From Candidatus Eiseniibacteriota bacterium (lineage in GTDB: Bacteria > Eisenbacteria > RBG-16-71-46), in assembly GCA_044223005.1 (NCBI GenBank), contig JBGAML010000001.1, positions 464,443-528,442 on the forward strand: a DNA stretch of 64,000 nt. The letters run 5' to 3'. The translations under genes and the position numbers were made by a program. Every line of letters begins with the position of its first letter. Within the stretch, counting starts at the first letter, position 1. Positions 19,572 through 33,646 of the stretch are shown here, piece by piece. A model generated the notes under the pieces. That model was given only the letters and a program-made list of their open reading frames with translations, was not told the DNA's origin and made no database searches.

Positions 19572-20792
19572 ATGACCGCCTCCGATCGCGAACTCGACGC
19601 CGCGTTCCGCACGCTCGCCCGCCGCCTGCTCGCGCGGCGGCTCGCGGCCCTCAACGGCCGCATGCGCGTCGTGCTGCTCGGGCTCGCCGGCTACGTCGCC
19701 GCGTTCACCTACTGGCAGGTCCGCGTGCCGCTCGACGGCGTGCACCGCGCGCACGGACCCGACGCGGCCGCGCGGCTGCTCGGCATCGTGCTGCTCGCGC
19801 TCGCGGCCGCGGGCGCGCTCACGGGCGCGTGGCGGCGCGCGGCCCTCGCGGCGCGGACGCCGGGCCCGGAGTGGCTCGCGCTCCCCTTGCCGCCCGCGCG
19901 CGTGGCGGGACTCCTCGACGCGGACGCGCTCGTCACCGCGGCCAGCGCCTTCGTGCCCGCGGCCGCCGCGTGGCTCGCGGTGTGGGGACTGGCGCGCCCA
20001 TGGCAGCTCGCGCTGCTGGTGCCGGGCTTCGCGCTCGCGTGGTACGTCCTCGCACTCGCCGCGGCCCGGATCGCCGCATTCGCGGTGCTGCCGCACGGCG
20101 GCCCCGGTGCCTCGCTGCCCGCGACGACGCGGGCGCTGACGACCGCACCGGCCGGCGCCGCGACCCGGCGCGTCGCGGCGCCCACGTGGCGGCGCGCCTC
20201 CGCATCGGGCGCGATCCGCCGGCTCGACGCGCTCGCGACCCGCCGGCGCTCGGCGGCACGCACGCGCATGGTGCTCGCGCTGCTGGCGTTCGCGCTCGGC
20301 GCGATCGCATGGTTCGTGGACGCCCCGCCGCTCGTGCGGCGCGCGCTCTCGTATGCCGCCTTCGGCGCCGGCACGGCCGCCCTCGGCGGCTGGGCGATCG
20401 CGCGCACCTGCGCCGATCCCGACAGCGCGATCCGTCCGTTGCCGCTCGACGTGTGGGACCTCTGGCGTGCACGCGCCGGCACGATCCTCGCGCTCGTCGC
20501 GGCCACGGCGGTGCTGCACGCGGGGCTGGCGTTCGCGCTGCCGCCCATGGCGCGCGTCGGCAACCTGCTCGCATGGCTGCCGAGCGGGTTCGCGATCGCG
20601 CTCCTCGGCCTGCACTACGCGCTCTCGCTCTCGCCGCGCGCGACGCTGGCGGAGAATCTCTACTACGGCTGGCTCGTGGTCGCGATGGTCGCGAGCTGGA
20701 TGATTCCGTTCCTCGGCTGGGGCGTCCTGATCGCGGGCCTCTGGCATTCCACGCGCCGCCTCTCGCGCTGGCGCGAACCGGAGATCGGCTGA
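19572..20792 (+). CDS. polytopic membrane protein, probable ABC permease
   Basis: Many TM helices; stop overlaps the ATG of the ABC ATPase. Confidence 0.6.
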   Translation: MTASDRELDAAFRTLARRLLARRLAALNGRMRVVLLGLAGYVAAFTYWQVRVPLDGVHRAHGPDAAARLLGIVLLALAAAGALTGAWRRAALAARTPGPEWLALPLPPARVAGLLDADALVTAASAFVPAAAAWLAVWGLARPWQLALLVPGFALAWYVLALAAARIAAFAVLPHGGPGASLPATTRALTTAPAGAATRRVAAPTWRRASASGAIRRLDALATRRRSAARTRMVLALLAFALGAIAWFVDAPPLVRRALSYAAFGAGTAALGGWAIARTCADPDSAIRPLPLDVWDLWRARAGTILALVAATAVLHAGLAFALPPMARVGNLLAWLPSGFAIALLGLHYALSLSPRATLAENLYYGWLVVAMVASWMIPFLGWGVLIAGLWHSTRRLSRWREPEIG

Positions 20793-21514
20793 TGCTGCAG
20801 ATCGAAGACCTGCGCCGCGCCTACGGCGACCGCGAAGCGCTGGCCGGGGTCTCGTTCGAGGTGCGACCCGGCGAGATCGTCGGCCTGCTCGGCGCGAACG
20901 GCGCGGGCAAGAGCACGCTGCTGCGCACCGCGGCCGGGCTGCAGCCCCCGGACCGGGGCCGCGTGCGGGTCGCCGGGCACGACGTGTGGGCCGAACCCCG
21001 CGACGCGCGCGCGGCGCTGGGCTACGCGGCCGAGGAGCCGAGCTTCCACGAGGAACTCTCGGCGGCGGAGTACCTGGCGTTCGTGGCCGCGGTGCGCGGG
21101 CTCGAGCCCGAAGAGGCGCGCCGGCGCACGCTCGATCTCGCGGCGCGCCTGGACCTCGCGCCACGGCTCGACGAGCCGGTGCGGGCGTATTCGCACGGGA
21201 TGCGCAAGAAGGTGTCGTTCCTCGCGGCGACGCTGCACCGGCCGCAGGTGCTGCTCTGCGACGAGGCGCTCGAGGGCTTCGACGCGCCGTCGGCGCTCGC
21301 GGCGAAGGACGAGCTGCGCGCGATCGCGCGGGGCGGCAGCGCGGTGCTCTTCTCGAGCCACGTCACCGAGACGGTGGAGCGGCTCTGCGATCGCGTGCTG
21401 ATCCTCGCCGCCGGCCGGCTCGCGCGCGAGCTGTCGCGGGCCGACTGGGGCGCTCCGGACACGGCGACGTCCGAACTCGAGCGCGCGTTCCTCGCCGTGG
21501 TCCGCGGCGGCTGA
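20792..21514 (+). CDS. ABC transporter ATP-binding protein
   Basis: GANGAGKS, YSHGM, LLCDE, SSH. Confidence 0.9.
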   Translation: MLQIEDLRRAYGDREALAGVSFEVRPGEIVGLLGANGAGKSTLLRTAAGLQPPDRGRVRVAGHDVWAEPRDARAALGYAAEEPSFHEELSAAEYLAFVAAVRGLEPEEARRRTLDLAARLDLAPRLDEPVRAYSHGMRKKVSFLAATLHRPQVLLCDEALEGFDAPSALAAKDELRAIARGGSAVLFSSHVTETVERLCDRVLILAAGRLARELSRADWGAPDTATSELERAFLAVVRGG

Positions 21515-21521
21515 CGCCGCC

Positions 21522-22406
21522 TCAGCCCTGCGGCGCGGGCGTCGCCGAGGCGGCGCGCCACTCGACGAGCACGACGGCGGCGAGGATCAGCGCCGCGCCC
21601 ACCCACCAGCGCGGATCGAAGTGCTCGTGACCCAGCGTCAGCGCGAAGGCGAGCGCGAACACGGGCTCGAGCGCGAACAGCAGCCCGATCCGGCCCGGCG
21701 CGAGGCGCTGCTGCGCGAGCACCTGCAGCAGCGGCGCGATCGAGCTGCCGGCGATCGCCAGGTAGAGGAACCGGCCCCAGCCCGCGGGCGCGAGCGCGCC
21801 GTACGCGGCGCGCAGGTCGCCGGCGAACGGCGCCGTCACGAGCGCCACCACGGCCGCCTGCACGGTCACGATCGCGAGCGGGTCGAGTGATTCGGCGTGC
21901 CGGCCGATCCACACGATCTGCATGGCGTAGAGCGAGGCGCCGAGCACCGTGATCACTTCGCCCCGGCCCAGGTGCAACGCCTGGTCGAGCGACATGAGCG
22001 CCGAGCCGGCGAGCGCGAGTGCGATGCCGGCGAGCAGGCTTCGCGACGGTCTCTGCCGCAGCAGCGCCCACGCGTAGAACGCGGCGAAGAGCGTGCCCGC
22101 GCAGGTCAGGAACGCCGACGAGCCGGCGGACGTGTACCGCAGGCCCAGCGCCTGCAGCGAGAAGCTGCCGGCCATCAGCACGCCGTTGCCGGCGCCGATG
22201 CGCAGGCTGCGCGCGTCCGGAAGCCGCCGACGCGCGAGGCCGATCAGGGCGAAGAGCGCCGCGGCGACCGCGAAGCGGCCGCAGACCAGCGCGGCGGGCG
22301 TCATGCCGCGCACCGTGTCGCGGATCGCGACGAACGTACCGCCCCAGAGCAGCGTGGCGACGACCATGGCCGCCACCCCGAGGCGCTCGTGCGCCCGGGC
22401 GCTCAC
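21522..22406 (-). CDS. EamA/DMT family transporter
   Basis: LLWGGTF..GRF, GLRYTSAG, LEPVFA; about 10 TM helices. Confidence 0.88.
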   Translation of the reverse strand: MSARAHERLGVAAMVVATLLWGGTFVAIRDTVRGMTPAALVCGRFAVAAALFALIGLARRRLPDARSLRIGAGNGVLMAGSFSLQALGLRYTSAGSSAFLTCAGTLFAAFYAWALLRQRPSRSLLAGIALALAGSALMSLDQALHLGRGEVITVLGASLYAMQIVWIGRHAESLDPLAIVTVQAAVVALVTAPFAGDLRAAYGALAPAGWGRFLYLAIAGSSIAPLLQVLAQQRLAPGRIGLLFALEPVFALAFALTLGHEHFDPRWWVGAALILAAVVLVEWRAASATPAPQG

Positions 22407-23044
22407 TCGGCGGTGCGGCGGCGGCGGCGGCCCTGCGGCTGCGACAGGGCGAACGAGAGGCTCTCGAACTCCATCGTCATGTCGACCGCGCGGAGCGTGA
22501 CCTCCGCCGGGACGCGCACCTTTCGGGGCGCGAAGTTGAGGATGCCGCGCACGCCGGCCTTCACCAGCGCGTCCGCGACCTCCTGCGCCGCACGCATCGG
22601 GGTCGCGATCACGCCCATCTCGAGCCGGTCGTCGGGGCCGAGCGTGTCGAGGTGGCGCACGGTCAGCGGCCCCAGCGGCTGGCCGACCCGCGTCGCGCTC
22701 GCGTCGAACACGGCGACGACGTCGAAGCCCTGGTCCGTGAACCCGCGGTAGGCGAGCAGCGCCGAACCGATGTGGCCCGCGCCCACCACGCCGACGCGCC
22801 AGCGCCGGTCGAGCCCGATGATGCCGCGGATCTCGTCGCGCAGGTGCTGCACGTTGTAGCCGAGGCCGCGCCGGCCGAACGAGCCGAAGTACGACAGGTC
22901 CTTGCGGACCTGCGCCGACGTGATGCCCTCGCGCTCCGCCAGCAGGTGCGACGAGATCATGCGCTGCCCTTCCGCGGCGACTTCCTCGAGCACGCGGTAG
23001 TAGTGGGACAGCCGGCGGACGGTGGATTCGGAGATCCGGGACAG
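22403..23044 (-). CDS. rex: redox-sensing repressor Rex
   Basis: ISESTVRRLSHYYR, AQVRKDLSYFGSFGRRGLGY, VGAGHIG, ILNFAP; probable CTG start at 23044. Confidence 0.93.
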   Translation of the reverse strand: MSRISESTVRRLSHYYRVLEEVAAEGQRMISSHLLAEREGITSAQVRKDLSYFGSFGRRGLGYNVQHLRDEIRGIIGLDRRWRVGVVGAGHIGSALLAYRGFTDQGFDVVAVFDASATRVGQPLGPLTVRHLDTLGPDDRLEMGVIATPMRAAQEVADALVKAGVRGILNFAPRKVRVPAEVTLRAVDMTMEFESLSFALSQPQGRRRRRTAE

Positions 23045-23075
23045 GGTCGCGCGCGCGACCCGCCGGCCGATGTCG

Positions 23076-25571
<2,496 letters not shown>

Positions 25572-25648
25572 TTCCTATCCTTCCCGGGTCGGATCGGAAC
25601 GGTGACCGGGGCGCGTCCTGCGCCCCGCGGTCCGGTCCGCGTCGAGGG

Positions 25649-26257
25649 TCAGCGGCGCGCGGCGCCGGCCCAACCCCATTCCACGGCCGCGGCGGCGTAC
25701 TGCTGCACGCGGCGATACGAAGCGTTGCGTTCGGCGAAGAGCCGCTGCCAGCGGACCGTGACGCCGAGGTCGTGGTGCGTCCCGACGGCGCGACGGAAGC
25801 CGACGCCGCCGCCGAGGCTCACGGCACTCGCGGCGTTCGTCACGTCGCCGCGGCGGTCGTCCTCGATGCGCGTCCAGCCCATCGTGCCGAGCACCGAGCC
25901 CGTCCAGCGGCCGCGGTGCATCACGTCGACGTCGCCGCGCCACGCGGCGCCCCAGGCCCAGCGGTGGTTCAGGCCGACGGTGCCGAGGACCGTGTGGTCG
26001 TTGGGATCGAACAGCGTGCCGAGGTCCGTGCCGATGTCGTCGGCGAAGAGCGACACGCCGAAGCGCGCGTGGTCGCCGGCGGGCCAGGTGGGCGTGACGG
26101 CGGCAGAGAGCCCGCCGTCGGACGGCGAGCCGTCGGCACCGAACGTCTGGCCGGCGGAGAACACGATCTGCGGACGGGACCACGCCGAGGCGTCGTGCGC
26201 GGAGAGACCCGCGACGAGCACGGCGGCGATGACGAGTACGAGCATTCGGAGCTTCAT
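25649..26257 (-). CDS. small outer-membrane beta-barrel-like protein
   Basis: Signal peptide, amphipathic beta strands, C-terminal VEWGW. Confidence 0.6.
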   Translation of the reverse strand: MKLRMLVLVIAAVLVAGLSAHDASAWSRPQIVFSAGQTFGADGSPSDGGLSAAVTPTWPAGDHARFGVSLFADDIGTDLGTLFDPNDHTVLGTVGLNHRWAWGAAWRGDVDVMHRGRWTGSVLGTMGWTRIEDDRRGDVTNAASAVSLGGGVGFRRAVGTHHDLGVTVRWQRLFAERNASYRRVQQYAAAAVEWGWAGAARR

Positions 26258-28500
<2,243 letters not shown>

Positions 28501-28502
28501 GC

Positions 28503-29678
28503 TCAGCCCACCGCGTCCGGAAGACGCAGCGGCATGATCAGGCAGAGCAGTTCCTCGTCCGCCTGCGGCAGCGCACCCACGGGTTCGACGATCCCGGCCG
28601 ACAGCGACGTCTTGAGCCGGAACACGATGCGCTCGGTGGGAATGTTGCGCAGGATCTGCAGCAGGTAGCGGGCGTTGTAGCCGATCTCCATGTCGTCGCC
28701 CGCGTACTCGGCCTCGACCGACTGCTCGCCGGCGCCGAAGTCGGCCGTCGCGGACGACACCGAGAACTTGCCGCCGCGGAGCGAGAAGCGGATCTGCTGC
28801 GTGTTGCTGTCCGCGTGCGACGCGACGATGTCCACCGCCTCGACGAGGTCGGTACGCGACAGCGTCAGCGAACGCGGGTTGTCCTTCGGGATGACCTGCT
28901 CGTAGTTCGGGTACGGGCCCTCGATCAGGCGCGCGAACACCTGCACCTGGTACTCGCCCACCTGCGTCGCGAAACCGATGTGGTTCTTGCCGTCGGCGAT
29001 GCGCAGCTCGACCGGGCTCGTGGCCTCGCTCGCGAACTTGGACACGCTCGAGAGCACGCGCGCCGGGACGATCACGCCGTCCTTGGTCAGGTCGCCGAAG
29101 GCGCCCTTGCGCGAGGTGCGAGAGAGCCGGTGGCCGTCGGTCGCGACGAACGTGACGTGCTTGTCGGTGCCGTGCACGAGCACGCCGTTCAGCTGCGGGC
29201 GCGCGGGCTCGTCCGACGTCGCGTACGCCGAGCGCTCGATCATGCGCGCGAGCGCGTCGCCTTCGATCGTGATCTTGGCCGCAGCCTTGAGTTCCGGCAC
29301 GCGCGGAAAGTCGTCCGCCGGCTGCGTGTGGAACTTGGACCAGCCCTTGCCGTCGCCGTAGCGCACCTCGCACTGGCTGCCGGCCTGCGCCAGCGTCACG
29401 GCGCCGCGGGGCAGCTTGCGGATCACCTCGTGGAAATGGCGGGCGGGAACGGCCATGCGAACGGGCGTGCGCACCGCGCAGGGCACGAGGACGGACGTGG
29501 TCACGTCGAGGTCCGTGCCGGTCACCCGCAGGCCGTCCTTGTCCGCCTCGAGGAGCACGCAGGTCAGCAGCGGCTGGGCGTTCTTCTGCGGAACCGATCC
29601 CAGGGCCCGGCCGACCGCGAACAGCAGGTCGCCCTGCTGGATCGTCAACAGCTCGCCCTGCTGGATGGTGGTATCCAT
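28503..29678 (-). CDS. dnaN: DNA polymerase III beta sliding clamp
   Basis: GTDLD, VATDGHRL, RLIEGPYPNYEQVIP, GYNARYL, LIMPLR. Confidence 0.97.
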   Translation of the reverse strand: MDTTIQQGELLTIQQGDLLFAVGRALGSVPQKNAQPLLTCVLLEADKDGLRVTGTDLDVTTSVLVPCAVRTPVRMAVPARHFHEVIRKLPRGAVTLAQAGSQCEVRYGDGKGWSKFHTQPADDFPRVPELKAAAKITIEGDALARMIERSAYATSDEPARPQLNGVLVHGTDKHVTFVATDGHRLSRTSRKGAFGDLTKDGVIVPARVLSSVSKFASEATSPVELRIADGKNHIGFATQVGEYQVQVFARLIEGPYPNYEQVIPKDNPRSLTLSRTDLVEAVDIVASHADSNTQQIRFSLRGGKFSVSSATADFGAGEQSVEAEYAGDDMEIGYNARYLLQILRNIPTERIVFRLKTSLSAGIVEPVGALPQADEELLCLIMPLRLPDAVG

Positions 29679-29772
29679 ACGGTCACTCCCTGACAGGAAG
29701 GAACTTCATGTCGCGACGCAGTTTCCGCCGCCGCGACACGGATCCGGGCGGGGGCTTGCGATAGTCCGCAGC

Positions 29773-29801
29773 ATCATAGGCGGCACCCCCCGGGCCTGCA
29801 A
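29773..29801 (-). promoter_or_regulatory. putative dnaN promoter
   Basis: Minus strand TTGCAG-17 nt-TATGAT. Confidence 0.55.
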
Positions 29802-29829
29802 GCGATTTCCCGCCTGTCAGAGGCCTTCT

Positions 29830-30040
29830 AAGTCTTTCTCTTTCTTTTAATTAGAAGACCTAGAAACAGTAGGGGCTGTGAACTCTGTGGAGAACCCCGC
29901 TCGGGTCACCGCAACCCTGCTCCCGAAGCGCCTTTAGGGCCGCCGGAGGGCCGGGGAAAACAGGCGGGTTCTCCACGCGTCCTCGACAGGAACGCGGTTC
30001 CCCACTCGCTCTCCCCAACCATCCACAGGTTCTCCACGCC
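29830..30040. other. probable oriC unwinding region
   Basis: AT-rich tract 29833-29853, trios TAG AAG ACC TAG AAA CAG TAG (29852-29872), GGGC, DnaA boxes 29877-29894, more boxes at 29969, 30019, 30030. Confidence 0.85.
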
Positions 30041-30043
30041 CGT

Positions 30044-31459
30044 TCACGAGGCGAGTGTGGAGATCAGTCCGTTGACCTTCTCGCCGAAGGCTTCCTCGGT
30101 GTTGATGCGCCGCGCGATCTTCTCGCAGGCGTACAGCACCGTGGTGTGGTCCCGGCCGCCGAACACACGGCCGATCTCGACCAGCGACAGGTCCGTGAGC
30201 TGCCGCAGCAGGTACATGGCCACCTGGCGCGGCAGCGCCACCACCTGCGTGCGCCGCTGCCCGAGCATCGCCTCGGTCTTGACGCCGAAGCGCTCCGAGA
30301 CCGCGGTGAGGATGCGTTCGGGCGTCAGGTGGTCCGGCTCGGCGTTCACGTACTGCGAAAGCACGTCCTCCGCCAACTCGAGCGTGATGTCCTGGTGCGT
30401 CAGCGAGGCCACCGCGAGGAGTCGCACGAGGCAGCCTTCGAGATCGCGCACGTTGCCGCGGACACGGTCGGCGAGCAGCAGGAGGACGTCGTCCTGGAGC
30501 CGCAGTCCCGCTCCCTCGAGCTCGCAGCGGTTGCGCAGGATCGCGATCCGCGTCTCGAGATCGGGGTGCTTGACGTCGGCGATGAGTCCCTGGTTGAAGC
30601 GCGAGATCAGCCGCTCTTCGAGGCCCTCGATGTCCTTGGGGGCCTTGTCGGCGGTGACCACGATCTGCTTGTGGGCGTCACGCAGGGCGTTGAACGTGTA
30701 GAAGAACTCCTCCTGCGTGCTCTCCTTCCCCGCCAGGAACTGAACGTCGTCGATCAGCAGCACGTCCACGTTCCGGTACTTGTTGCGGAACGCGAGCGTC
30801 TGGCCGTGCTGGATCGCGAAGATCATCTCGTTGGTGAAGCGTTCGGCCGGCACGTAGTGCACGCGCGCGTCGGGCCGGCTGCGCTTCACGGTGTGGCCCA
30901 CGGCGTGGAGCAGGTGCGTCTTGCCCAGTCCCGAGCCACCGAAGATGAACAGCGGATTGTAGACCTGGCCCGGGCGCTCGGAGACGGCGCGGCAGGCGGC
31001 GTGCGTGAAGCGGTTGCTGCCGCCGACCACGTAGCTGTCGAACGTCAGGCGCGGATTGAGCTGGCTCTCGAGCCACAGCTTGCCGCCCGCCGGAGCGGCC
31101 GCGACCGGCGCCGCCACGGGCGCGCTCGGCGCCGGCGGCATCGGTCGGGACTCCAGCGCCGAGGAAGGCGCCGGCGGCAGCGACGAAGGCTCGCGAGGAG
31201 AGAAACGGATGTCGGGAGTGGTGCGCATCACTTCGTGCAGCGCGACGCGCAGGGTGTTGAGGTGGTGTTCGTGAATCCAGTCGACGAAGAACGCGTTGGG
31301 AACTTCGAGGTCGACCGTCTGCGGGTTCAGTTCGCGCGCCACGATGGGGCGGAACCAGGTGTCGAAGGCCTGCGGGCTGCCGAGACGGGTCTTGACCGAC
31401 GTGAGGACTTGCTCCCAGAGACGCTCCTGCTCCTCCGGTTGCACTGGCTGGACGGCCAT
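30044..31459 (-). CDS. dnaA: chromosomal replication initiator DnaA
   Basis: YNPLFIFGGSGLGKTHL, LLIDDVQF, GGRDHTTV. Confidence 0.99.
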   Translation of the reverse strand: MAVQPVQPEEQERLWEQVLTSVKTRLGSPQAFDTWFRPIVARELNPQTVDLEVPNAFFVDWIHEHHLNTLRVALHEVMRTTPDIRFSPREPSSLPPAPSSALESRPMPPAPSAPVAAPVAAAPAGGKLWLESQLNPRLTFDSYVVGGSNRFTHAACRAVSERPGQVYNPLFIFGGSGLGKTHLLHAVGHTVKRSRPDARVHYVPAERFTNEMIFAIQHGQTLAFRNKYRNVDVLLIDDVQFLAGKESTQEEFFYTFNALRDAHKQIVVTADKAPKDIEGLEERLISRFNQGLIADVKHPDLETRIAILRNRCELEGAGLRLQDDVLLLLADRVRGNVRDLEGCLVRLLAVASLTHQDITLELAEDVLSQYVNAEPDHLTPERILTAVSERFGVKTEAMLGQRRTQVVALPRQVAMYLLRQLTDLSLVEIGRVFGGRDHTTVLYACEKIARRINTEEAFGEKVNGLISTLAS

Positions 31460-31490
31460 TTCTACGGTCCTTGCAGAATGGTTCGCACAT

Positions 31491-31859
31491 TTGTCCACAG
31501 AGCGCGGGGCGGCGAGAGCTTTGCTCCATCGCGGCTTCGGGCTCGGCAGAGGGGAGGTTGTGGATATCTACCGACGCACTTCTCCACACAGGCTACAACT
31601 GCTGTAACGACATGTGGTGAAACGTGTTGGCAGTGGTGTTCGGGGACTTCCTCCACAGGTTGTCCACAGGGGGCTCACCGACGCCGGCAGGCCACTCGAA
31701 AAAACCTCTCCGAAGTGGCGCGGCGGAATCGCCGAATCCATTGTCCTGCAGTAGGTTGACTGGTTGGCCCGTTCGCTTCGCCAGCAGGGGTCGGGGGACT
31801 GCCTTGGCGAGGGAGCGGTAGGCTAGCACCCGCGTTCGAACCCCGACAAGTGTGGAAAA
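31491..31859. promoter_or_regulatory. DnaA-box cluster upstream of dnaA
   Basis: TTGTCCACA 31491 and 31660, TGTGGATAT 31559, TTCTCCACA 31580, TCCTCCACA 31649, TGTGGAAAA 31851. Confidence 0.8.
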
Positions 31860-31942
31860 GTCGGTCTGTAAGGCGTTGCGGATTCGTCGCTTGTGAACTG
31901 GTTCGCCGGGAGCGAACAAAGCCCCGGTTGCGGGGTCCGGAA

Positions 31943-32575
31943 TCAGAACGGGAAACTGGCCCCCAGCACGAGCTTGCCCGACTTGGTGGTCGGGTCGCTC
32001 AGGGCGAGCTGGAACTCGCCGACGAGGTGGATGTCCAGGTTGGGGCGGTATTCCACCCCGAACCGCAACGGCATCGACAGGTCGGTCGAGTTCTGGTCCC
32101 CGATCGTGCTGCGCGAGTAGAGCAGCGCCACGCCCGCGTACGGTGTGAGCGACGCGTTCCCCTCCATCGCGCGCGTGCGGCTGACCACGCCGGAGGGCCC
32201 GACGCTCATGAGCGTGAAGTGGTCGGCGCTGCTCACGCCCAGTACGCCGCCGAGCGAGACATCGACGGGGGAGGTGTCGCCGCGACGCACGATCGCGCCG
32301 CGCAGGTCCGCGCCCATCTCCACCGCGGTGCGGCCGCTCTCGCCGTGGTCGATGCGGCGCAGGCCGCCGAAGAAGCCGAAATCGACGGCGGGGTAGAAGC
32401 TCATGCGCAGCATGCCGTGGAGCGACGACTGGCCGCTGCCCATCCCGGCGTAGACGCCGCCCGTGTGCTCGTTGACGCCCAGCGGAACCGCGCCGCCGAG
32501 CTGGCCCGGAACCTGGGCCGACGCCGCGCCGGCGGCGAACAGCGTCGCCGCGCACGCGAGCAGGAGCGATCTCAC
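31943..32575 (-). CDS. outer-membrane beta-barrel protein
   Basis: GTG start after GGAGG, signal peptide, LTPYAGV, C-terminal LGASFPF. Confidence 0.72.
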   Translation of the reverse strand: MRSLLLACAATLFAAGAASAQVPGQLGGAVPLGVNEHTGGVYAGMGSGQSSLHGMLRMSFYPAVDFGFFGGLRRIDHGESGRTAVEMGADLRGAIVRRGDTSPVDVSLGGVLGVSSADHFTLMSVGPSGVVSRTRAMEGNASLTPYAGVALLYSRSTIGDQNSTDLSMPLRFGVEYRPNLDIHLVGEFQLALSDPTTKSGKLVLGASFPF

Positions 32576-32746
32576 GTTGCACCTCCGTATGTCGTGTCGT
32601 CCGCGTTCGTCCGTGAATGCGGGGAGTCGCAGGCGCAACCTACATCGGGACGCGGCCGCGGTCGAGCGCGAAGGGCCGCGAGGGTGGTTTCTCGCGAGCG
32701 TGCCCGCCGCTTGCCACCGCGCGCGATCGCGTGATACCAGCGGCGG

Positions 32747-33640
32747 ATGAAACTCGTCAGTGACTTCGACGGCGTCTGGACCCGTCCCCACGCCGAAGCC
32801 GCGGCCCAGGGCGAGCGGCTCGACGAGCGCCTGGTGGCAGTGGCGCCGCCGGAACGGCGCGACGCGGCGCGTGCGTGGATCGCGAACGCGCGGCGCGAGA
32901 CGCTCGCGCAGCCGCAGCGCTGGGGCTGGACGCACGCCGGGCAGCTCGCGGCGTTCGCGGACGAGGATCCGTTCAGCGCGCACTCGGCGCTGCTCCACTA
33001 CCTCGCGGAACACGCGGACGGCGATCCGATGGCCACCCTCCTGCTCGCCGGCGCGAGCGCGGCGGGGGAGGGCTCGCTCGACACGTTCGGCACCGCGGCG
33101 CACCTGGACGGCGTCGCGGCGGTGGAGTCCGCGCGCGGACCGGGCGTGCTGCCGTCGGCGGCCGAGGCGGGGCGCGCGATGCTCGCGCGCGGGATCGAGG
33201 TCGTGGTCGTCTCGAACTCCGAGGGCGAGAAGCTGCGGCGCTGGTTCGCGCACGCGGGCCTGCCCCACGCCATGCACCCGGAGCGGCTCGCGGGCGGACT
33301 GCGCCTGCGCGGCGCGGCGGGCAAGCACCTGATCGACCCCGCGCGTTCCGAGATGCTCGCGCTCGACGGCCTGCGGATCGAGCTCTCGCGCCCGCGCTAC
33401 GAGGCGATCCTGCGCGAGGAGGCGCCCGACGCGATCGTCGGCGACGTGTTCTCGCTCGATCTTTCCGTGCCGCTCGCGCTCAAGCGGCGCGAGCCGTCGT
33501 GGAGGCACGTGCGGCTCTTCTGGCTCGCGCGCGACTACGCGCCCGAGCGCATGCGCCACGCGCTGGCCACGGCCGCGCCGGAAGTGGAGACGGTCGATTC
33601 GATCGAGGCCGTCGCCGCGGCGCTCGCGAACGGCGCCTGA
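32747..33640 (+). CDS. HAD-superfamily hydrolase
   Basis: DFDGVWT motif I, VVSNS motif II, VGDVFSLD motif IV. Confidence 0.75.
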   Translation: MKLVSDFDGVWTRPHAEAAAQGERLDERLVAVAPPERRDAARAWIANARRETLAQPQRWGWTHAGQLAAFADEDPFSAHSALLHYLAEHADGDPMATLLLAGASAAGEGSLDTFGTAAHLDGVAAVESARGPGVLPSAAEAGRAMLARGIEVVVVSNSEGEKLRRWFAHAGLPHAMHPERLAGGLRLRGAAGKHLIDPARSEMLALDGLRIELSRPRYEAILREEAPDAIVGDVFSLDLSVPLALKRREPSWRHVRLFWLARDYAPERMRHALATAAPEVETVDSIEAVAAALANGA

Positions 33641-33646
33641 ACGCCT

